DNA from: Escherichia coli
Lineage (GTDB): Bacteria > Pseudomonadota > Gammaproteobacteria > Enterobacterales > Enterobacteriaceae
DNA: 64,000 bases
Assembly: GCF_003334765.1 (NCBI RefSeq)
Contig: NZ_QOWT01000003.1
Direction: 5' to 3' (one strand)
The notes under the pieces are model-generated. The model was given only the letters and a program-made list of their open reading frames with translations, did no database searches and was not told the origin of the DNA. A program made the translations under genes and the position numbers. Shown one piece after another: positions 33,212 to 44,897 of the stretch (the stretch's first letter is position 1; each line of letters starts with the position of its first letter).

Positions 33212-34600
33212 ATGGAAAACAAGTCTGCTCGTGCAAAGGTCCAGGCTTTTGGGGGCTTTTTGACGGCAATGGTCATCCCCAATATCGGTGCTTTTATTGC
33301 CTGGGGTTTTATTACTGCATTATTTATTCCTACTGGTTGGCTGCCGAATGAACATTTCGCCAAAATTGTCGGCCCGATGATTACCTATTTATTGCCCGTG
33401 ATGATTGGTTCTACCGGTGGTCATCTGGTCGGCGGTAAACGCGGCGCGGTCATGGGCGGAATTGGTACGATTGGTGTGATCGTCGGCGCAGAGATCCCGA
33501 TGTTCCTTGGCTCAATGATTATGGGGCCGCTCGGTGGGCTGGTCATAAAATATGTCGATAAGGCACTGGAAAAACGCATACCTGCTGGTTTTGAGATGGT
33601 TATCAATAACTTCTCATTAGGTATCGCGGGGATGCTCCTTTGTCTGCTGGGTTTTGAAGTGATCGGCCCGGCGGTGTTAATTGCCAATACTTTCGTCAAA
33701 GAGTGTATTGAGGCGCTGGTACATGCGGGTTATCTGCCTCTGCTGTCAGTCATCAATGAACCGGCGAAAGTGCTTTTCCTTAATAATGCGATCGATCAGG
33801 GCGTCTATTATCCGCTGGGAATGCAACAGGCTTCGGTTAACGGTAAATCCATCTTCTTTATGGTGGCCTCTAACCCAGGTCCGGGCCTGGGGCTGCTGCT
33901 GGCGTTTACCTTGTTTGGTAAAGGGATGAGTAAACGTTCTGCGCCCGGGGCGATGATTATTCACTTCCTCGGTGGGATCCACGAACTGTATTTCCCATAT
34001 GTGCTGATGAAGCCGCTGACTATTATTGCCATGATTGCGGGCGGTATGTCTGGCACCTGGATGTTTAACTTACTGGACGGTGGTCTGGTGGCTGGCCCAA
34101 GTCCGGGGTCTATCTTTGCTTACCTGGCGCTGACGCCGAAAGGTTCGTTCCTGGCGACAATTGCCGGTGTTACGGTAGGTACCCTGGTGTCCTTTGCTAT
34201 CACTTCGCTGATACTGAAGATGGAAAAAACGGTGGAAACGGAGAGCGAAGATGAGTTTGCTCAGTCAGCCAATGCGGTTAAGGCGATGAAACAAGAGGGT
34301 GCATTCTCGTTAAGCCGGGTTAAGCGTATCGCCTTTGTTTGCGATGCGGGGATGGGCTCCAGCGCGATGGGCGCAACCACCTTCCGTAAACGTCTGGAAA
34401 AAGCGGGGCTGGCAATTGAAGTAAAACATTACGCGATAGAAAACGTGCCTGCGGATGCGGATATCGTCGTTACTCATGCCAGTCTGGAAGGGCGCGTGAA
34501 ACGTGTGACGGATAAATCACTGATATTGATTAATAACTATATTGGCGATCCAAAACTCGACACTTTATTTAATCAATTAACCGCAGAACATAAACACTGA
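33212..34600 (+). CDS. cmtA: PTS EIICB component, mannitol-family (cryptic), 462 aa
   Basis: 462-aa polytopic ORF with C-terminal EIIB domain (CDAGMGSSAM). Confidence 0.9.
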   Translation: MENKSARAKVQAFGGFLTAMVIPNIGAFIAWGFITALFIPTGWLPNEHFAKIVGPMITYLLPVMIGSTGGHLVGGKRGAVMGGIGTIGVIVGAEIPMFLGSMIMGPLGGLVIKYVDKALEKRIPAGFEMVINNFSLGIAGMLLCLLGFEVIGPAVLIANTFVKECIEALVHAGYLPLLSVINEPAKVLFLNNAIDQGVYYPLGMQQASVNGKSIFFMVASNPGPGLGLLLAFTLFGKGMSKRSAPGAMIIHFLGGIHELYFPYVLMKPLTIIAMIAGGMSGTWMFNLLDGGLVAGPSPGSIFAYLALTPKGSFLATIAGVTVGTLVSFAITSLILKMEKTVETESEDEFAQSANAVKAMKQEGAFSLSRVKRIAFVCDAGMGSSAMGATTFRKRLEKAGLAIEVKHYAIENVPADADIVVTHASLEGRVKRVTDKSLILINNYIGDPKLDTLFNQLTAEHKH

Positions 34601-34614
34601 TTACAGAGGTAAAA

Positions 34615-35892
34615 ATGAAAACCAAAGTTGCTGCTATTTATGGCAAGCGGGATGTCCGTCTGCGCGAATTTGAATTGCCCGAAATTACCGATAATGAACT
34701 GTTAGTGAGTGTAATTTCTGACAGCGTCTGTTTATCGACCTGGAAAGCGGCGTTACTCGGTAGTGAACATAAACGCGTACCCGACGATTTAGAAAATCAT
34801 CCGGTCATTACCGGGCATGAATGTGCCGGGGTTATTGTTGAAGTGGGTAAAAATCTCACCGACAAATATAAAAAAGGCCAGCGTTTTGTATTGCAACCGG
34901 CGATGGGGTTACCAAGCGGATATTCAGCGGGCTACAGCTACGAATATTTTGGCGGTAACGCCACCTATATGATTATTCCTGAAATAGCCATTAACCTGGG
35001 CTGCGTATTACCGTATCACGGCTCTTATTTTGCTGCGGCGTCGCTGGCAGAGCCTATGTGCTGCATTATTGGCGCTTATCATGCCAATTATCACACCACG
35101 CAATATGTTTATGAGCATCGCATGGGCGTTAAACCTGGCGGCAATATTGCGCTGCTGGCATGTGCTGGCCCGATGGGCATTGGCGCTATCGATTATGCCA
35201 TTAACGGCGGCATACAACCGTCGCGGGTGGTGGTGGTCGATATCGACGACAAACGCCTGGCCCAGGTACAGAAGCTGCTGCCGGTGGAGCTGGCGGCCAG
35301 TAAAGGCATTGAGCTGGTGTATGTGAATACCAAAGGGATGAGCGATCCGGTACAGAAGCTGCGGGCGCTGACAGGAGATGTCGGGTTCGATGACATTTTT
35401 GTTTATGCGGCGGTGCCTGCTGTCGTTGAGATGGCTGACGAATTACTGGCGGAAGATGGCTGCCTGAACTTCTTTGCCGGGCCGACGGATAAAAACTTCA
35501 AAGTGCCGTTTAATTTCTACAACGTCCATTACAACAGCACGCACGTCGTCGGTACATCCGGCGGTTCAACGGACGACATGAAAGAGGCGATTACCCTTAG
35601 CGCCACGGGACAGTTACAGCCGTCGTTTATGGTGACCCATATTGGTGGCCTGGATGCGGTGCCAGAAACCGTGCTCAATCTGCCGGATATCCCAGGCGGT
35701 AAAAAACTCATTTATAACGGCGTGACCATGCCGCTCACTGCCATTGCCGATTTTGCCGAAAAAGGCAAAACCGATCCGCTGTTTAAAGAGCTGGCGCGGC
35801 TGGTTGAGGAAACGCACGGCATCTGGAATGAGCAGGCCGAGAAATATCTGCTGGCGCAATTTGGCGTTGATATCGGGGAGGCCGCACAATGA
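34615..35892 (+). CDS. yggP: putative zinc-dependent polyol/alcohol dehydrogenase YggP (425 aa)
   Basis: MDR-family features (GHECAGV, nucleotide-binding GAGPMG); synteny. Confidence 0.85.
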   Translation: MKTKVAAIYGKRDVRLREFELPEITDNELLVSVISDSVCLSTWKAALLGSEHKRVPDDLENHPVITGHECAGVIVEVGKNLTDKYKKGQRFVLQPAMGLPSGYSAGYSYEYFGGNATYMIIPEIAINLGCVLPYHGSYFAAASLAEPMCCIIGAYHANYHTTQYVYEHRMGVKPGGNIALLACAGPMGIGAIDYAINGGIQPSRVVVVDIDDKRLAQVQKLLPVELAASKGIELVYVNTKGMSDPVQKLRALTGDVGFDDIFVYAAVPAVVEMADELLAEDGCLNFFAGPTDKNFKVPFNFYNVHYNSTHVVGTSGGSTDDMKEAITLSATGQLQPSFMVTHIGGLDAVPETVLNLPDIPGGKKLIYNGVTMPLTAIADFAEKGKTDPLFKELARLVEETHGIWNEQAEKYLLAQFGVDIGEAAQ

Positions 35893-36854
35893 TGTCCCTG
35901 GCGTGGCCATTATTTCGCGTTACGGAACAGGCAGCGTTGGCTGCCTGGCCGCAAACCGGATGTGGCGACAAAAATAAAATTGATGGCCTGGCGGTCACCG
36001 CGATGCGCCAGGCATTAAACGATGTCGCTTTTCGTGGGCGAGTGGTTATCGGCGAGGGAGAGATTGACCATGCGCCGATGCTGTGGATTGGCGAAGAGGT
36101 GGGCAAAGGCGATGGGCCAGAAGTCGATATCGCGGTTGACCCGATTGAAGGCACGCGGATGGTGGCGATGGGGCAGAGCAATGCGCTGGCGGTGATGGCC
36201 TTCGCCCCACGAGGCAGCCTGCTACACGCGCCCGATATGTATATGAAAAAGCTGGTTGTTAATCGACTGGCGGCGGGCGCGATTGATCTGTCTTTGCCTC
36301 TGGCGGACAACTTGCGTAACGTGGCGCGGGCGTTAGGTAAACCGCTGGACAAGCTGCGCATGGTTACGCTTGATAAACCGCGCCTGAGTGCCGCAATTGA
36401 GGAAGCAACACAGCTGGGCGTGAAGGTTTTTGCCCTGCCGGATGGCGATGTCGCCGCCAGCGTGCTGACCTGCTGGCAGGATAATCCTTACGACGTGATG
36501 TACACCATTGGCGGTGCGCCGGAGGGCGTGATTTCTGCCTGTGCCGTTAAAGCATTAGGCGGGGATATGCAGGCCGAGCTGATTGACTTTTGTCAGGCTA
36601 AAGGGGATTACACGGAAAATCGGCAGATTGCAGAGCAGGAGCGCAAGCGTTGCAAGGCAATGGGCGTTGACGTTAACCGTGTGTATTCGGTCGATGAACT
36701 GGTGAGGGGGAACGATATCCTCTTTAGCGCTACGGGCGTGACGGGCGGCGAGCTGGTGAACGGTATCCAACAGACGGCGAATGGGGTGCGGACGCAGACA
36801 TTACTGATCGGCGGCGCGGACCAAACGTGTAATATAATAGACTCCCTGCATTGA
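35889..36854 (+). CDS. yggF: class II fructose-1,6-bisphosphatase (GlpX-like) YggF (321 aa)
   Basis: 321-aa ORF recognised as GlpX paralog; ATGA overlap with yggP. Confidence 0.88.
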   Translation: MMSLAWPLFRVTEQAALAAWPQTGCGDKNKIDGLAVTAMRQALNDVAFRGRVVIGEGEIDHAPMLWIGEEVGKGDGPEVDIAVDPIEGTRMVAMGQSNALAVMAFAPRGSLLHAPDMYMKKLVVNRLAAGAIDLSLPLADNLRNVARALGKPLDKLRMVTLDKPRLSAAIEEATQLGVKVFALPDGDVAASVLTCWQDNPYDVMYTIGGAPEGVISACAVKALGGDMQAELIDFCQAKGDYTENRQIAEQERKRCKAMGVDVNRVYSVDELVRGNDILFSATGVTGGELVNGIQQTANGVRTQTLLIGGADQTCNIIDSLH

Positions 36855-36875
36855 TGGTGATCTATCGGAAGACCA

Positions 36876-37385
36876 ATGGCGACGCTGACAGAAGATGATG
36901 TGCTTGAGCAACTGGAGGCACAGGACAATTTATTTTCATTTATGAAAACTGCGCATACCATTTTGCTCCAGGGGATACGCCAGTTTCTGCCGTCGCTGTT
37001 TGTCGATAACGATGAAGAGATCGTCGAATATGCAGTGAAGCCGTTACTCGCCCAAAGCGGCCCGCTTGACGATATTGATGTTGCACTGCGTTTGATTTAT
37101 GCGTTGGGGAAAATGGATAAATGGTTGTACGCCGATATCACGCATTTTTCCCAGTTCTGGCATTACCTGAACGAACAGGATGAAACGCCCGGATTTGCCG
37201 ATGACATGACCTGGGATTTTATCAGCAACGTCAATAGCATAACCTGCAATGCGACGCTCTATGACGCATTGAAAGCGATGAAGTTCGCCGATTTCGCCGT
37301 CTGGTCAGAGGCGCGTTTTAGCGGAATGGTCAAAACGGCGCTGACGCTGGCAGTAACGACCACCTTAAAGGAATTAACGCCGTGA
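36876..37385 (+). CDS. yggD: MtlR-like regulator domain protein YggD (169 aa)
   Basis: 169-aa ORF; synteny. Confidence 0.8.
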   Translation: MATLTEDDVLEQLEAQDNLFSFMKTAHTILLQGIRQFLPSLFVDNDEEIVEYAVKPLLAQSGPLDDIDVALRLIYALGKMDKWLYADITHFSQFWHYLNEQDETPGFADDMTWDFISNVNSITCNATLYDALKAMKFADFAVWSEARFSGMVKTALTLAVTTTLKELTP

Positions 37386-38095
37386 AAATTGAATTAACGG
37401 TGAATGGGCTGAAGATACAGGCACAGTACCAGAACGAAGAGATTGAAAATGTACATAAACCGTTGCTGCACATGCTGGCGGCCTTACAGACGGTAAATCC
37501 GCAGCGGCGTACGGTGGTTTTTCTTTGCGCTCCGCCGGGGACGGGTAAATCAACCCTAACCACCTTCTGGGAATATCTCGCGCAACAAGACCCGGAACTG
37601 CCCGCTATTCAGACGCTCCCGATGGATGGTTTTCACCATTACAATAGCTGGCTGGATGCGCATCAATTGCGCCCCTTCAAAGGCGCACCAGAGACATTTG
37701 ACGTTGCGAAACTGACGGAAAATCTGCGCCAGGTCGTGGAAGGGGATTGTACGTGGCCGCAGTACGATCGACAAAAGCATGATCCTGTTGAAGATGCGTT
37801 GCACGTTACCGCACCACTCGTCATCGTCGAAGGAAACTGGTTGTTACTGGATGATGAAAAGTGGCTGGAGTTGGCATCTTTCTGCGATTTTTCTATTTTT
37901 ATTCATGCACCTGCTCAAATTCTGCGGGAGCGCTTGATTAGTCGTAAAATTGCGGGAGGATTAACGCGGCAAGTAGCCGAAGCATTTTATGCCCGCACCG
38001 ATGGCCCCAATGTCGAGCGTGTGCTGATGAATAGCCGTCAGGCCAATCTGATAGTAGAGATGACTGAAGAAGGCCGGTATCACTTCACAAGCTGA
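37382..38095 (+). CDS. yggC: P-loop kinase-like protein YggC (237 aa)
   Basis: Walker A APPGTGKST; ATGA overlap with yggD. Confidence 0.85.
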   Translation: MKIELTVNGLKIQAQYQNEEIENVHKPLLHMLAALQTVNPQRRTVVFLCAPPGTGKSTLTTFWEYLAQQDPELPAIQTLPMDGFHHYNSWLDAHQLRPFKGAPETFDVAKLTENLRQVVEGDCTWPQYDRQKHDPVEDALHVTAPLVIVEGNWLLLDDEKWLELASFCDFSIFIHAPAQILRERLISRKIAGGLTRQVAEAFYARTDGPNVERVLMNSRQANLIVEMTEEGRYHFTS

Positions 38096-38379
38096 CAATT
38101 TATTCCAGTTATTGTAGGGTTATTATTACGCCAGCCTGGAATAAAGCTTCCCACAAAAGGGGATAAAAGTGTGATGTGAGTCAGATAAATGTCTTCTTCG
38201 GCTGGACAAACATTCCTTTTATTCCACGTTTCGCTTATCCTAGCTGAAGCGTTTCAGTCGATTAAATGTTCGACAATTAACCAATCAGTCGCAGTTTGCG
38301 ACAGGTAAGGTTTCCCCGGACGATTTGCTGGATTACTCTGTCTGGCAAATTTGCTCAGGGAAAACCTTGCAGGAGATCT

Positions 38380-39399
38380 ATGACCGTACGCGTAGCGATA
38401 AATGGCTTCGGTCGCATCGGGCGTAATGTGGTTCGTGCTTTGTATGAATCCGGACGTCGGGCGGAAATTACCGTGGTGGCAATCAACGAACTGGCGGATG
38501 CTGCGGGCATGGCGCATTTGTTGAAATATGACACCAGCCATGGCCGTTTTGCATGGGAAGTACGACAGGAACGCGATCAACTTTTTGTTGGTGATGACGC
38601 CATCCGCGTATTGCATGAACGTTCACTGCAATCGCTCCCCTGGCGTGAACTTGGCGTTGATGTAGTCCTCGACTGCACCGGCGTATATGGCTCCCGCGAA
38701 CATGGCGAAGCGCATATTGCCGCCGGGGCTAAAAAAGTGCTCTTTTCACATCCTGGCAGTAACGATCTCGATGCGACCGTTGTTTACGGCGTCAATCAGG
38801 ATCAACTTCGTGCGGAACACCGCATCGTTTCTAACGCTTCCTGTACCACGAATTGCATAATTCCCGTCATCAAATTGTTAGATGATGCGTACGGTATTGA
38901 GTCCGGCACTGTGACCACAATTCACTCCGCCATGCACGATCAACAGGTTATTGATGCATACCATCCTGACCTGCGTCGCACCCGGGCAGCCAGCCAGTCG
39001 ATCATTCCGGTCGATACTAAACTGGCCGCCGGTATCACACGATTTTTTCCGCAATTTAACGATCGCTTTGAAGCGATTGCGGTACGTGTGCCAACCATAA
39101 ATGTGACGGCAATCGATTTAAGCGTGACGGTGAAGAAACCTGTAAAAGCCAATGAAGTCAACCTGTTGCTGCAAAAAGCAGCACAAGGTGCATTTCATGG
39201 TATAGTTGACTATACGGAATTGCCGTTGGTCTCTGTAGATTTTAACCACGATCCGCATAGTGCCATTGTCGATGGTACTCAAACCCGGGTCAGTGGCGCA
39301 CACCTGATCAAAACGTTGGTCTGGTGCGATAACGAATGGGGCTTTGCTAACCGAATGCTCGACACGACGTTAGCTATGGCTACTGTTGCTTTCAGGTAA
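38380..39399 (+). CDS. epd: D-erythrose-4-phosphate dehydrogenase (339 aa)
   Basis: [37 protein letters not shown]...; AGGAG RBS; start 28 codons inside ORF. Confidence 0.95.
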
Positions 39400-39448
39400 G
39401 ACGCAAGCAGCGTCTGCAAAACTTTTAGAATCAACGAGAGGATTCACC

Positions 39449-40612
39449 ATGTCTGTAATTAAGATGACCGATCTGGATCTTGCTGGGAAACGTGTATTTA
39501 TCCGTGCGGATCTGAACGTACCAGTAAAAGACGGGAAAGTAACCAGCGATGCGCGTATCCGTGCTTCTCTGCCGACCATCGAACTGGCCCTGAAACAAGG
39601 CGCAAAAGTGATGGTAACTTCCCACCTGGGTCGTCCTACCGAAGGCGAGTACAACGAAGAATTCTCTCTGCTGCCGGTTGTTAACTACCTGAAAGACAAA
39701 CTGTCTAACCCGGTTCGTCTGGTTAAAGATTACCTCGACGGCGTTGACGTTGCTGAAGGTGAACTGGTTGTTCTGGAAAACGTTCGCTTCAACAAAGGCG
39801 AGAAGAAAGACGACGAAACCCTGTCCAAAAAATACGCTGCACTGTGTGACGTGTTCGTAATGGACGCATTCGGTACTGCTCACCGCGCGCAGGCTTCTAC
39901 TCACGGTATCGGTAAATTCGCTGACGTTGCGTGCGCAGGCCCGCTGCTGGCAGCTGAACTGGACGCGCTGGGTAAAGCACTGAAAGAACCTGCTCGCCCG
40001 ATGGTGGCTATCGTTGGTGGTTCTAAAGTATCTACCAAACTGACCGTTCTGGATTCCCTGTCTAAAATCGCTGACCAGCTGATTGTTGGCGGTGGTATCG
40101 CTAACACCTTTATCGCGGCACAAGGCCACGATGTGGGTAAATCCCTGTACGAAGCTGACCTGGTTGACGAAGCAAAACGTCTGCTGACCACCTGCAACAT
40201 CCCGGTTCCGTCTGATGTTCGTGTAGCAACTGAGTTCTCTGAAACTGCACCGGCTACCCTGAAATCTGTTAACGATGTGAAAGCTGACGAGCAGATCCTG
40301 GATATCGGTGATGCTTCCGCTCAGGAACTGGCTGAAATCCTGAAGAATGCGAAAACCATTCTGTGGAACGGTCCGGTTGGCGTGTTCGAATTCCCGAACT
40401 TCCGCAAAGGTACTGAAATCGTGGCTAACGCTATCGCAGACAGCGAAGCGTTCTCCATCGCTGGCGGCGGCGACACTCTGGCAGCAATCGACCTGTTCGG
40501 CATTGCTGACAAAATCTCCTACATCTCCACTGGCGGCGGCGCATTCCTCGAATTCGTGGAAGGTAAAGTACTGCCTGCAGTAGCGATGCTCGAAGAGCGC
40601 GCTAAGAAGTAA
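39449..40612 (+). CDS. pgk: phosphoglycerate kinase (387 aa)
   Basis: [45 protein letters not shown]... recognised. Confidence 0.98.
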
Positions 40613-40613
40613 A

Positions 40614-40646
40614 AAATCACAGGGCAGGGAAACCTGCCCTTGTTTC
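40614..40646 (+). terminator. pgk terminator / attenuating hairpin
   Basis: AGGGCAGGGAAACCTGCCCT hairpin followed by TGTTT. Confidence 0.6.
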
Positions 40647-40826
40647 AGCGCGCTTTTAAAGCACGCACTTTTTCATACTCTAAATAATTCGAGTTGCAGG
40701 AAGGCGACAAGAGAGTGAATCCCCAGGAGCTTACATAAGTAAGTGACTGGGGTGAGCGAACGCAGACGCAGCACATGCAACTTGAAGTATGACGAGTATA
40801 AGGCCCGACGATACAGGACAAGAGAC

Positions 40827-41906
40827 ATGTCTAAGATTTTTGATTTCGTAAAACCTGGCGTAATCACTGGTGATGACGTACAGAAAGTTTTCCAGGTAGC
40901 AAAAGAAAACAACTTCGCACTGCCAGCAGTAAACTGCGTCGGTACTGACTCCATCAACGCCGTGCTGGAAACCGCTGCTAAAGTTAAAGCGCCGGTTATC
41001 GTTCAGTTCTCCAACGGTGGTGCTTCCTTTATCGCTGGTAAAGGCGTGAAATCTGACGTTCCGCAGGGTGCTGCTATCCTGGGCGCGATCTCTGGTGCGC
41101 ATCACGTTCATCAGATGGCTGAACATTATGGTGTTCCGGTTATCCTGCATACCGACCACTGCGCGAAGAAACTGCTGCCGTGGATCGACGGTCTGCTGGA
41201 CGCGGGTGAGAAACACTTCGCTGCTACCGGTAAGCCGCTGTTCTCTTCTCACATGATCGACCTGTCTGAAGAATCTCTGCAAGAGAACATCGAAATCTGC
41301 TCTAAATACCTGGAGCGCATGTCCAAAATCGGCATGACTCTGGAAATCGAACTGGGTTGCACCGGTGGTGAAGAAGACGGCGTGGACAACAGCCACATGG
41401 ACGCTTCTGCACTGTACACCCAGCCGGAAGACGTTGATTACGCATACACCGAGCTGAGCAAAATCAGCCCGCGTTTCACCATCGCAGCGTCCTTCGGTAA
41501 CGTACACGGTGTTTACAAGCCGGGTAACGTGGTTCTGACTCCGACCATCCTGCGTGATTCTCAGGAATATGTTTCTAAGAAACACAACCTGCCGCACAAC
41601 AGCCTGAACTTCGTATTCCACGGTGGTTCCGGTTCTACTGCTCAGGAAATCAAAGACTCCGTAAGCTACGGCGTAGTAAAAATGAACATCGATACCGATA
41701 CCCAATGGGCAACCTGGGAAGGCGTTCTGAACTACTACAAAGCGAACGAAGCTTATCTGCAGGGTCAGCTGGGTAACCCGAAAGGCGAAGATCAGCCGAA
41801 CAAGAAATACTACGATCCGCGCGTATGGCTGCGTGCCGGTCAGACTTCGATGATCGCTCGTCTGGAGAAAGCATTCCAGGAACTGAACGCGATCGACGTT
41901 CTGTAA
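40827..41906 (+). CDS. fbaA: fructose-bisphosphate aldolase class II (359 aa)
   Basis: MSKIFDFVKPGVITGDDVQKVFQVAKENNFALPAVNCVGTDSINAVLETAAK... recognised. Confidence 0.98.
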   Translation: MSKIFDFVKPGVITGDDVQKVFQVAKENNFALPAVNCVGTDSINAVLETAAKVKAPVIVQFSNGGASFIAGKGVKSDVPQGAAILGAISGAHHVHQMAEHYGVPVILHTDHCAKKLLPWIDGLLDAGEKHFAATGKPLFSSHMIDLSEESLQENIEICSKYLERMSKIGMTLEIELGCTGGEEDGVDNSHMDASALYTQPEDVDYAYTELSKISPRFTIAASFGNVHGVYKPGNVVLTPTILRDSQEYVSKKHNLPHNSLNFVFHGGSGSTAQEIKDSVSYGVVKMNIDTDTQWATWEGVLNYYKANEAYLQGQLGNPKGEDQPNKKYYDPRVWLRAGQTSMIARLEKAFQELNAIDVL

Positions 41907-41930
41907 GATATTCCTTTCTGCTTATCTCAA

Positions 41931-42135
41931 GGCCCGCTCTGCGGGTCTTTTTTTCGCCAAAAGCAAAATTGCCTGATGCGCTACGCTTATCAGGCCTACA
42001 CGTATCCTGCAATATATTGAATTTGCAGGTTTTTGTAGGCCGGATAAGGCGTTCACGCCGCATCCGGCATGACAAAGCGCACATTGATATCTGTCTGAGC
42101 CCCGCTCTGCGGGGATTTTTTCGCCAAAAGCAAGG
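41931..42135. repeat. fbaA terminator plus REP/BIME pair, flanked by a duplicated 35-bp terminator-like module
   Basis: copy 1 CCCGCTCTGCGGGTCTTTTTTTCGCCAAAAGCAA (41933-41967), REPs GCCTGATGCGCTACGCTTATCAGGCCTAC and GTAGGCCGGATAAGGCGTTCACGCCGCATCCGGC, copy 2 CCCCGCTCTGCGGGGATTTTTTCGCCAAAAGCAA (42100-42133). Confidence 0.85.
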
Positions 42136-42263
42136 TGATTCAGATGAGAAATCTGTGATCTATTTGGCAAAATTATGCTTTATTGTTTACCCTTGTCAGA
42201 CTGCCCGTCATAAGGCGGCGGAGTGTATTTCTCCATTTTGAGTCAGTTGAAAAGGAATATTGA

Positions 42264-43124
<861 letters not shown>

Positions 43125-43262
43125 TCAACGCTGAGGCCAGATAATACTCTCTGGCCTCTCTCTTATTAGTTTTTCTGATTGCCAATTAATATTATCAATT
43201 TCCGCTAATAACAATCCCGCGATATAGTCTCTGCATCAGATACTTAATTCGGAATATCCAAC

Positions 43263-43898
43263 GTGTTTTCTTATTACTTTCAAGGTCTTGCACTTGGGGC
43301 GGCTATGATCCTACCGCTCGGTCCACAAAATGCTTTTGTGATGAATCAGGGCATACGTCGTCAGTACCACATTATGATTGCCTTACTTTGTGCTATCAGC
43401 GATTTGGTCCTGATTTGCGCCGGGATTTTTGGTGGCAGCGCGTTATTGATGCAGTCGCCGTGGTTGCTGGCGCTGGTCACCTGGGGCGGCGTAGCCTTCT
43501 TGCTGTGGTATGGTTTTGGCGCTTTTAAAACAGCAATGAGCAGTAATATTGAGTTAGCCAGCGCCGAAGTCATGAAGCAAGGCAGATGGAAAATTATCGC
43601 CACCATGTTGGCAGTGACCTGGCTGAATCCGCATGTTTACCTGGATACTTTTGTTGTACTGGGCAGCCTTGGCGGGCAACTTGATGTGGAACCAAAACGC
43701 TGGTTTGCACTCGGGACAATTAGCGCCTCTTTCCTGTGGTTCTTTGGTCTGGCTATTCTCGCAGCCTGGCTGGCACCGCGCCTGCGCACGGCAAAATCAC
43801 AGCGCATTATCAATCTGGTAGTGGGATGTGTCATGTGGTTTATAGCCTTGCAGCTGGCGAGAGACGGTATTGCTCATGCACAAGCCTTGTTCAGTTAG
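43263..43898 (+). CDS. argO: arginine exporter ArgO (211 aa), LysE family, GTG start
   Basis: 211-aa LysE-type membrane [28 protein letters not shown]... Confidence 0.93.
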   Translation: MFSYYFQGLALGAAMILPLGPQNAFVMNQGIRRQYHIMIALLCAISDLVLICAGIFGGSALLMQSPWLLALVTWGGVAFLLWYGFGAFKTAMSSNIELASAEVMKQGRWKIIATMLAVTWLNPHVYLDTFVVLGSLGGQLDVEPKRWFALGTISASFLWFFGLAILAAWLAPRLRTAKSQRIINLVVGCVMWFIALQLARDGIAHAQALFS

Positions 43899-43990
43899 GC
43901 GCTATCTGATGGAAAAATAAAACAGAGGCGCTAAGCTTGCCTCCAGAGGTCCTGAATTTTGGGCAAGTCAATTAACACGGAGAGACTAAC

Positions 43991-44731
43991 GTGAAGTTCA
44001 AAGTTATCGCCCTGGCGGCATTAATGGGTATTAGCGGGATGGCAGCGCAGGCTAACGAATTGCCGGATGGACCGCATATTGTCACCTCCGGTACGGCAAG
44101 CGTGGATGCGGTGCCAGACATTGCCACTCTTGCGATTGAAGTTAACGTGGCCGCGAAGGATGCCGCTACTGCCAAGAAACAGGCAGATGAGCGCGTCGCA
44201 CAATACATTTCCTTCCTTGAACTCAATCAGATCGCGAAAAAAGATATCAGCTCAGCGAACTTACGCACCCAGCCAGATTATGATTATCAGGATGGTAAAA
44301 GTATCCTGAAAGGCTACCGCGCTGTGAGAACGGTGGAAGTCACGCTCCGTCAGTTAGACAAACTGAATTCCTTGCTGGATGGCGCGCTGAAGGCGGGTCT
44401 TAACGAAATTCGTTCTGTGTCGCTGGGCGTGGCGCAGCCGGATGCCTATAAAGACAAAGCGCGTAAGGCAGCGATTGATAACGCGATTCATCAGGCGCAG
44501 GAACTGGCGAACGGCTTTCATCGTAAACTGGGGCCGGTATATAGCGTGCGCTACCATGTTTCCAACTATCAGCCCAGCCCAATGGTGCGGATGATGAAAG
44601 CCGATGCCGCGCCGGTGTCCGCCCAGGAAACTTACGAGCAGGCCGCTATTCAGTTTGATGATCAGGTCGATGTGGTCTTCCAGTTAGAACCTGTGGATCA
44701 ACAACCCGCTAAAACACCTGCAGCACAATAA
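43991..44731 (+). CDS. yggE: DUF541 periplasmic oxidative-stress protein YggE (246 aa)
   Basis: 246-aa secreted ORF; synteny. Confidence 0.88.
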   Translation: MKFKVIALAALMGISGMAAQANELPDGPHIVTSGTASVDAVPDIATLAIEVNVAAKDAATAKKQADERVAQYISFLELNQIAKKDISSANLRTQPDYDYQDGKSILKGYRAVRTVEVTLRQLDKLNSLLDGALKAGLNEIRSVSLGVAQPDAYKDKARKAAIDNAIHQAQELANGFHRKLGPVYSVRYHVSNYQPSPMVRMMKADAAPVSAQETYEQAAIQFDDQVDVVFQLEPVDQQPAKTPAAQ

Positions 44732-44897
44732 TACTTGTAGCCCGACGTATTCGTCGGGCTAATGCCTTTACCCGATATTGCCTCCTTTTTCTGTAATTTT
44801 CTGTAAAACCATGACGTAATCACCTATCTTTGCTCGCGGTTTCATCAAGGATAGGCTGACTGAAACGGTTAAGCGGACAAGGATGCGGGGGAGGGGG

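Noticed and set aside
41650-42241. 144-aa (minus) and 138-aa (plus) ORFs spanning the fbaA 3' end and the REP cluster
   Set aside because: Translations are REP-derived (e.g. MRRERLIRPT) and overlap the fbaA terminator and repeats; not coding
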